From a virus: a stretch of 6,806 nucleotides of DNA. Shown here piece after piece: positions 1 to 4,548 of the stretch. The stretch lies in IMG/VR virus record IMGVR_UViG_3300011982_000007, positions 1 through 6,806 of that record; one strand, 5' to 3'. The notes beneath the pieces were generated by a model. That model did not search any database and was not told where the DNA came from. It saw only the letters and a list, made by a program, of their open reading frames with translations. The translations under genes were made by a program, and so were the position numbers. Numbering within the stretch: the first letter of the stretch is position 1; each line of letters begins with the position of its first letter.

Positions 1-99
1 ATATCACGAGCGCGAGCAATACTCCAATACGATAACGGCTCTTCCCGACTGAATTGTCCGTGATTGATGTCTAATGCAGTCTTATACTCACTATAACGA
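1..99. repeat. Terminal redundancy (left copy), identical to 6708-6806. It marks a circular molecule of 6,707 nt.
   Basis: Base-by-base comparison shows atatcacgagcgcgagcaatactcc...cactataacga at both ends. Confidence 0.97.
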
Positions 100-1475
100 G
101 GCTGATAACCATAAGAGGGTACAACCTTAGAAGTAGATATAAACAGGGGGTTAAGCGGCTGCATTCCTAAGTTTTCAAACTCTGGAATAAAATAGTCTCC
201 ACGACCCTGCTTAACAACAAAGGGGTCGATGCGTTGGCAGTCGTACTGCATAGCAGGCACAAGAGAGTAAATACACATCAACACACCAGGCTCTTTGGCA
301 TCAAATTGAATTTCACCAGAACCACTAGCAGTACCTTTACCAGTCACCTTACCAAGATAACCTGCTAATTTGGCATTTCCTAAATCAGATACATTAGGAT
401 TAGTAGTACCACTAGTCTGGGTTACATCACCTACTTGAATATTGCTGTCAAATCCACCTAGATAGTACACTTGTCCGTCTCGCCCTTCAGACACCTCAAA
501 ACCAAAATGCGCCTTGATTTGTTCTGCATAGGTTTTGCCAGCACGCATAGTAATGGATAATAGCTTGTCAAGTGCAAAAGCACTTCTAATCGACTGGACA
601 GATACGTCAAAACGACCAGAACCACCATCAGGCTCAAGCAAAAACTGGTGTTGTGATTGAGCAGAATAAGTACCGACATTAATAGACTCTTTAGAGTCCA
701 ACAGATTAGAAGACGAAGAATTAAGATGCTCAAGAATACCAGGCACATCACCAAATATCGGGCTAGGCCGCAGATTGGTGAAATAATCAAGAGGAGCATT
801 GCGATAATGAAGATTAACATAGCTAGCCCATTCAGTCGGAGTAGGGTTAAATGTACCATTCTTATCGTCGACATTAAACGAAGAAACATCTAGAGTTTCG
901 TACGTATTGTTACGATAAAAATCAGCATACACCTTATTATAAGCCAACAAACGGAACAAATTTACATTACCTGTATAAGCATTTGCAATATCAACACCTT
1001 TGGAGTTACAAGGACGGCCATAACCAAGTAAATCAAGCAAACGAACAGAATTATTTTTTTGCGAAAAGCCAAAAATATCCTTATCATTGCGAGAACGAAC
1101 ATACTTGTACAACTCAACAAACTTGATATTAGGAACTAGTGCAGGAATTCTATTCGCAGCAGCTTTCGCATAAGCAGCACTACGAAAATCAGTCATACCA
1201 GTGATAAATTGGTCATACTGATGCCACAGCTGTGAATAGGGGACGAAAAAGAACTCATAAACAGAACGCATAGAAATAAACGCACTTGAGTTCATGGGCA
1301 TAGTACGCATGAAATCAGATGCCTGTATACGGATATGGTCGTGTATGTTCAAATCAACAGCCAAAACAGGCAACAAAGCACCAGGGGGCGCAGTAAACAA
1401 ATGTTTCTGAGATAAGTCAAAGGCATTACGCGGACGATTAGCACGCGGTGCCTTAATTTGAGGAACTTTTTTCAT
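1..1475 (-). CDS. VP1: Major capsid protein VP1 (phiX F-like). This is the 5' part of the gene: it runs off the left window edge and continues at 6707..6533 on the circle (1650 nt, 549 aa in total).
   Basis: Manual translation of the minus strand from the ATG at 1475-1473 gives MKKVPQIKAPRANRPRNAFDLSQKHLFTAPPGALLPVLAVDLNIHDHIRIQASDFMRTMPMNSSAF... It is open all the way to position 1. The N-terminal RNxFDLS...GxLxP signature and the length are typical of Microviridae capsid proteins. It is missing from the ORF track because there is no stop on this side of the window. Confidence 0.93.
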   Translation of the reverse strand, partial: MKKVPQIKAPRANRPRNAFDLSQKHLFTAPPGALLPVLAVDLNIHDHIRIQASDFMRTMPMNSSAFISMRSVYEFFFVPYSQLWHQYDQFITGMTDFRSAAYAKAAANRIPALVPNIKFVELYKYVRSRNDKDIFGFSQKNNSVRLLDLLGYGRPCNSKGVDIANAYTGNVNLFRLLAYNKVYADFYRNNTYETLDVSSFNVDDKNGTFNPTPTEWASYVNLHYRNAPLDYFTNLRPSPIFGDVPGILEHLNSSSSNLLDSKESINVGTYSAQSQHQFLLEPDGGSGRFDVSVQSIRSAFALDKLLSITMRAGKTYAEQIKAHFGFEVSEGRDGQVYYLGGFDSNIQVGDVTQTSGTTNPNVSDLGNAKLAGYLGKVTGKGTASGSGEIQFDAKEPGVLMCIYSLVPAMQYDCQRIDPFVVKQGRGDYFIPEFENLGMQPLNPLFISTSKVVPSYGYQPRYSEYKTALDINHGQFSREEPLSYWSIARARD

Positions 1476-1493
1476 AAAACAATAAATTAATAA

Positions 1494-1574
1494 TTAAAGA
1501 AAAACGAACATAATGAACGTATATAATAAAACAAAAAAAACAAATATCACAAAGAGAAAAACACTATCTTTCAT
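1494..1574 (-). CDS. Candidate 26-aa hydrophobic micro-ORF filling the VP4-VP1 spacer.
   Basis: The ATG lies 2 nt after the VP4 stop, and the ORF ends 18 nt before the VP1 ATG. Translation: MKDSVFLFVIFVFFVLLYTFIMFVFL. It is on the same strand as the core genes. The spacer is poly-T rich, so a Phe/Leu/Val-rich ORF can arise from composition alone. Confidence 0.2.
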   Translation of the reverse strand: MKDSVFLFVIFVFFVLLYTFIMFVFL

Positions 1575-1576
1575 AA

Positions 1577-3298
1577 CTAATCAATTACACGTGAACCATA
1601 TACGAATGTATTATTACGCTTTTTCGACTTATTTTTGTCATTAAACCGCTTGGTTTGCTGATTGACATAAGTCTTATAATAATCACTATAAAACAATGAA
1701 TACCGATGCAATTTTCTAGAATTGAACACACCAACAGAATAGAAATTACACATAGGGGCTACAGACCTAACAAACGTATCAGAATAAGCATTGCAAACAA
1801 CGCCATTAAGAGTATAATTATCGAATGCAGGTGAATAATTCGGCAGAGCAAGAGGAATATTATCATAAATAAGAGGATAAGCAGCCAACATAGCAGTCTG
1901 AAAATCAATCTTATCAACGATATAGTTAAACAACTCATAGAAGTTAACCATTTGGTCAGATTTACGCAATGTTTCATATCGGTCAAATAATCTAAGATAA
2001 ATAACTAACGGGTCAAGATACGGAGCAATCAAACTAAAATCAAACGAAATAGATACCTTATAAGCATTACGCACAGCGTAATAAGTCTGGTCGACATCAT
2101 ACTCATACGTATAATAGTCATAAGGATAATTACGCTCTAACCACTTTCGGTAATTCCATTGCCTATTGCTTTGCAGATAATCCGCAATAGACATTACATC
2201 ACCTATAAGAGAGTTATGCTCAATTACAGCACAATTCAACTCGTCTTTCCATTCGTTAAACTTTTCACCATAGAAAGAGTATACTCGAAATTTTTGAGCA
2301 GCAGAAAAAGAACTAAATCCTTTACACTTGCGGAAGATGGCAGAGCATAAATCGCGATTAAGTGGAAGAGATTTACACTCGAATTGTCCAAGTTTTTGGT
2401 TATAGACTTGCGTATCAACTCGATAAGTTCCTCGGTCGATGTTTCGGAATATTTCAAGTGCATCACTTTTAAACAATCCGATAACCGGCGATTTAGATGA
2501 GAGGTGGAACGGATGGACTTCGCGACATGCCAAAATTCTAGGTAAATCAGAGTTGCCAGACACATATTGCGCAACATAGTAGCTGGTGTTTGGGTCGCAC
2601 ATTTTACAATTTTGTCGGGTAAGGCGTACATCCGCATACGTCCTAGTTTCAAAACGATGGTTTGCGCCTGTAACTCGTTGTGTGACAGCCCAACACCGAA
2701 TGATGTAATCAACAATCTTTGTGAGAATAACCTCATTATCGAATGATAGGACACCGTGATAATGCGGACGGTAAGTCTTTGGCCCATACTCTGATGCGAA
2801 GTAATATCTAATTTTCTTTTCATTATTAGGTATATTTAATTTTGAAATAAGTTTACGAAGACGTTTCATAAAGTTTTGAATGTCCTTTTTACACACAGCT
2901 GCATAAACATTCGGTTGGTCATCATTCTCAATTTTCGGAAGAAAATCATCATCGTCAAATCTAAACTTTCCCGTCTTTGGGTCAAAATAATTCAACGGAC
3001 ATGAATTATACATGTATTCACATCTTCCAATAGGACGGAATTGAGGACAATCATTATCGTCATATATCTTTTCCCATCTAGGAACAAACTCGTTATTATA
3101 AGTAAGGGTCACCATCAAATTATAACGATGTTGACGAATTTCAGCATTAAGGCGAATAGACTGCTTTTCGGCAGCGGCATTCAAACAAGATACGCACTTT
3201 CCACACGAACAAAACATGGGTTCACCAGTCCACTTATTGTAAGTGAACACAGGGCTTTGACAACCACCAAATATTTTAAGCCTATTCGGGTCAATCAT
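1577..3298 (-). CDS. VP4: Replication initiation protein VP4 (HUH rolling-circle endonuclease, phiX gpA-like) with a long C-terminal extension.
   Basis: 573-aa ORF. Motif I is MVTLTY (aa 62-67). Motif II is RPHYHGVL, with HYH encoded at nt 2756-2764. Motif III is YVAQYVSGN, with two Tyr spaced YxxxY (nt 2564-2578), resembling phiX174 gpA YVAKYV. There is an N-terminal Cys cluster CSCGKCVSC. Confidence 0.93.
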   Translation of the reverse strand: MIDPNRLKIFGGCQSPVFTYNKWTGEPMFCSCGKCVSCLNAAAEKQSIRLNAEIRQHRYNLMVTLTYNNEFVPRWEKIYDDNDCPQFRPIGRCEYMYNSCPLNYFDPKTGKFRFDDDDFLPKIENDDQPNVYAAVCKKDIQNFMKRLRKLISKLNIPNNEKKIRYYFASEYGPKTYRPHYHGVLSFDNEVILTKIVDYIIRCWAVTQRVTGANHRFETRTYADVRLTRQNCKMCDPNTSYYVAQYVSGNSDLPRILACREVHPFHLSSKSPVIGLFKSDALEIFRNIDRGTYRVDTQVYNQKLGQFECKSLPLNRDLCSAIFRKCKGFSSFSAAQKFRVYSFYGEKFNEWKDELNCAVIEHNSLIGDVMSIADYLQSNRQWNYRKWLERNYPYDYYTYEYDVDQTYYAVRNAYKVSISFDFSLIAPYLDPLVIYLRLFDRYETLRKSDQMVNFYELFNYIVDKIDFQTAMLAAYPLIYDNIPLALPNYSPAFDNYTLNGVVCNAYSDTFVRSVAPMCNFYSVGVFNSRKLHRYSLFYSDYYKTYVNQQTKRFNDKNKSKKRNNTFVYGSRVID

Positions 3299-3549
3299 TT
3301 TACAAACTCAAGATTATAGAAGTGAACACCATCAATCAAAGAATACTTTTGAACACGAACTAAACCAAATGAAATAAGCGTTTGAACAACAGAATTACAC
3401 TTGTCAAACTTACGTACATTAGTTTCTCCAAAACACAATGTAGTATAAGTAGGAAATATTGAAAAAACAATAAATTCAAAATCCTCTCCAAGCAATTCAA
3501 CTAACAGCTTGTGAAGTATAGCATTATTTATATTACTCTTATTGCTCAT
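3295..3549 (-). CDS. Hypothetical 84-aa protein, translationally coupled to VP4. An alternative upstream start at 3633 would give 112 aa.
   Basis: The sequence runs MSNKSNINNAILHKLLVELLGEDFEF...GVHFYNLEFVK. Its stop overlaps the VP4 start as ATGA (3295-3298). A TATCTTTG box at 3577-3570 lies between the two candidate starts and favours 3549. I recognise no family motif. Confidence 0.55.
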   Translation of the reverse strand: MSNKSNINNAILHKLLVELLGEDFEFIVFSIFPTYTTLCFGETNVRKFDKCNSVVQTLISFGLVRVQKYSLIDGVHFYNLEFVK

Positions 3550-3569
3550 ATTAACAATTAATTTTAATG

Positions 3570-3577
3570 CAAAGATA
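3570..3577 (-). promoter_or_regulatory. Candidate Bacteroidota-type -7 promoter box (TAnnTTTG) upstream of the 84-aa ORF / VP4 operon.
   Basis: The minus strand reads TATCTTTG, and its last G is 21 nt upstream of the ATG at 3549. There is no clear -33 TTTG. The motif is expected by chance several times in this AT-rich genome. Confidence 0.2.
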
Positions 3578-3661
3578 TAAAATAAAACATAATGCCAATT
3601 ATGAAAATGAAATAAATAGAATATATTTAACATATATTACCAAGCCCACCCACCTTTTTAA

Positions 3662-3669
3662 CAAAAATA
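3662..3669 (-). promoter_or_regulatory. Second candidate TAnnTTTG box.
   Basis: The minus strand reads TATTTTTG. A TTTG (plus-strand CAAA at 3695-3698) lies 25 nt upstream, which is longer than the usual 19-21 nt spacing. Confidence 0.15.
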
Positions 3670-3759
3670 TAAAATACCCAAAAATCGACTTCGACAAAAA
3701 CATAAACATAAAACTATAATTAACTAAAAAACAATATATAATACAATATTATTTGATAG

Positions 3760-3786
3760 TTCGGGGGCGGGAAACCCGCCCCCGAA
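3760..3786. other. Perfect 12-bp GC-rich stem with a 3-nt loop, sitting in an AT-rich spacer.
   Basis: ttcgggggcggg (3760-3771), aaa loop, cccgcccccgaa (3775-3786). There is no adjacent U/T tract on either strand, so it is not a classical intrinsic terminator. Confidence 0.85.
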
Positions 3787-3795
3787 CCCCCACCC
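3775..3795 (-). other. Canonical G-quadruplex motif on the coding-sense strand, overlapping one arm of the 12-bp hairpin.
   Basis: The minus strand reads GGGTGGGGGTTCGGGGGCGGG: four G runs of 3 or more, with loops of 1, 3 and 1 nt. Confidence 0.6.
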
Positions 3796-3924
3796 AACGA
3801 TAACAATGTACAATAATAACGCGCACACGCGTAATATCACGTGCGCACGATTTATAATATATACAACATTATAGTCATAGTGAAAAACATGGTGTCAGTT
3901 TTTCCATTATAAAACAAGGGGTAG

Positions 3925-3945
3925 GCACAACGCGGAGGGTTGTGC
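3925..3945. other. 7-bp stem, 7-nt loop hairpin.
   Basis: gcacaac / gcggagg / gttgtgc. It is immediately preceded by ggggtaggc (3918-3926), a 9-mer that recurs at 5850-5858. Confidence 0.6.
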
Positions 3946-3996
3946 AGATAATAACAATATATGCCTTGCAAATAGTCCGTTCGGTGTGGTCGCTAG

Positions 3997-4079
3997 CGCT
4001 GTGCACTTCACTTCGTTCAGCTTAAGGCCGTCCCGTCGACGGCCACATTTCGCTATTACTCCGCTGCGTCACTTCGTTC
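3997..4079. repeat. Direct repeats CGCTGYG(CACT)TCACTTCGTTC flanking hairpin 4026-4044.
   Basis: cgctgtg-cact-tcacttcgttc at 3997-4018 and cgctgcg-tcacttcgttc at 4062-4079. The 11-mer tcacttcgttc is exact at 4008-4018 and 4069-4079. Confidence 0.85.
4026..4044. other. Hairpin with a 7-bp GC stem and a CCGTC pentaloop (copy 1).
   Basis: ggccgtc / ccgtc / gacggcc. The overlapping 10-bp palindrome ccgtcgacgg offers an alternative fold. Confidence 0.8.
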
Positions 4080-4167
4080 CTCGCTACATAATAACGCTCA
4101 ATGTTAAGAGTGTATAAGAGTGCTCGTACCTCGCACATGCGCTCATAAATTTCGCGCGTGTGTCTTA

Positions 4168-4188
4168 CGCGCCGTCCGTCACGGCGCG
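4168..4188. other. Hairpin with an 8-bp GC stem and a CCGTC pentaloop (copy 2).
   Basis: cgcgccgt / ccgtc / acggcgcg. It has the same loop and the same GCCGT...ACGGC stem core as 4026-4044. Confidence 0.8.
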
Positions 4189-4210
4189 CGCTCGTTGCAG
4201 AGTTAGCGGT

Positions 4211-4292
4211 AAATGTTAATAAATATATACAAATGGTTCAATATTTACATTATGTGTTAAAATACGTATTAAATTGGTTCAATATTTATAGT
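4211..4292. repeat. Two tandem, imperfect 41-bp units (about 73% identity) containing an exact 14-mer TGGTTCAATATTTA. Iteron-like.
   Basis: The exact 14-mer lies at 4234-4247 and 4275-4288. By hand alignment, 30 of 41 positions match between units 4211-4251 and 4252-4292. TGTTAA occurs at the same offset in both units. Confidence 0.85.
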
Positions 4293-4314
4293 GTCGCGTA
4301 AAATTTGTTAACTG

Positions 4315-4354
4315 CAACAAAACGAAATAACACCGCACTTCACAGCGCAGTGTT
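4315..4354 (-). terminator. Candidate intrinsic terminator for the minus-strand operon, downstream of VP2.
   Basis: Minus-strand RNA AACACUGCGC-UGUGAA-GUGCGGUGUU forms a 10-bp stem including 2 G.U pairs. Those two positions would be C.A/A.C mismatches on the plus strand, so the stem is strand-specific. It is followed by AUUUCGUUUUGUUG. Confidence 0.35.
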
Positions 4355-4405
4355 AAATTATCAAAAATCAAAATCAAAATAAACTAGATAATGAACTAAA
4401 ATAGA

Positions 4406-4413
4406 TATTTTTG
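4406..4413 (+). promoter_or_regulatory. Candidate TAnnTTTG -7 box on the plus strand, upstream of the 38-aa ORF.
   Basis: tatttttg matches TAnnTTTG exactly, 18 nt before the ATG at 4432. No -33 TTTG was seen. Confidence 0.2.
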
Positions 4414-4431
4414 CAATAAAACATATAAGAT

Positions 4432-4548
4432 ATGAAACAAATTATCAAAATAGCAATAGGAATAGCAATAGGAATAGCATTAAGCGTTATAGCAGTAATG
4501 GCATTTCTAGTAGCAATCGGATTAATAACTAGATTAGCTACTTCTTAA
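4432..4548 (+). CDS. Candidate 38-aa single-pass membrane peptide on the strand opposite all core genes.
   Basis: Translation: MKQIIKIAIGIAIGIALSVIAVMAFLVAIGLITRLATS. It has a basic N-terminus, a hydrophobic helix of about 25 residues and a short polar tail. Part of it is encoded by a 12-bp tandem repeat, atagcaatagga, at 4450-4479. It overlaps the VP2 stop codon convergently by 11 nt. It is below the length cutoff of the ORF track. Confidence 0.35.
   Translation: MKQIIKIAIGIAIGIALSVIAVMAFLVAIGLITRLATS

Noticed and set aside
3550-3633. The N-terminal 28-aa extension of ORF 3295-3633 (MLNIFYLFHFHNWHYVLFYIFALKLIVN).
   Set aside because: It is a composition-driven Phe/Tyr/Leu string from an AT-rich spacer. 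A TAnnTTTG box at 3577-3570 would place the transcription start downstream of 3633. I cannot exclude it, so it is noted as an alternative start.
3599-3709. A 36-aa hydrophobic minus-strand ORF (MFMFLSKSIFGYFIFLLKRWVGLVIYVKYILFISFS).
   Set aside because: It lies in a very T-rich spacer and overlaps the candidate promoter boxes and the alternative start region of the 84-aa ORF. Such ORFs are expected by chance here, and the same caveat applies to the 26-aa ORF at 1494-1574.
3840-3880. A possible XerC/D dif-like attachment site (gtgcgcacgatttataatatatacaacattatag), and a second one at 4234-4264 (ggttcaatatttacattatgtgttaaaat).
   Set aside because: Both have a dif-like flavour: a GTGCGCA start and TATATA core in the first, and TTATGT..TAAA in the second. 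Neither fits the 11-6-11 architecture with ATAA-N6-TTAT inner arms, and the second is off by 2 nt and carries a GT insertion. From the sequence alone this is not supportable. It would need comparison with the host dif site or with prophage junctions.
3824-4162. The long-range inverted repeat cacacgcg (3824-3831) / cgcgtgtg (4155-4162) considered as terminal inverted repeats of an inserted MITE-like element.
   Set aside because: The match is only 8 bp, there are no flanking target-site duplications, and the arms are not at the compositional boundaries of the island.
3884-4237. Stop-free frames across the GC island: plus strand 3884-4117 (77 codons) and minus strand 4022-4237 (71 codons, with only an internal ATG giving 38 aa).
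   Set aside because: The plus-strand frame has no in-frame ATG. Both strands are open over the same stretch, which is what high GC content produces. The conceptual peptides are Arg/Ser/Thr-rich because of the CpG content and show no recognisable motif.
3634-4431. A tRNA, CRISPR array, or hammerhead or other small ribozyme in the non-coding region.
   Set aside because: No cloverleaf with a GTTCRANYC-type T-loop could be drawn. There are no regularly spaced identical repeats with unique spacers, since the repeats present are only 2 copies. I found no CUGAUGA...GAAA hammerhead core by eye. A covariance-model scan is still advisable.
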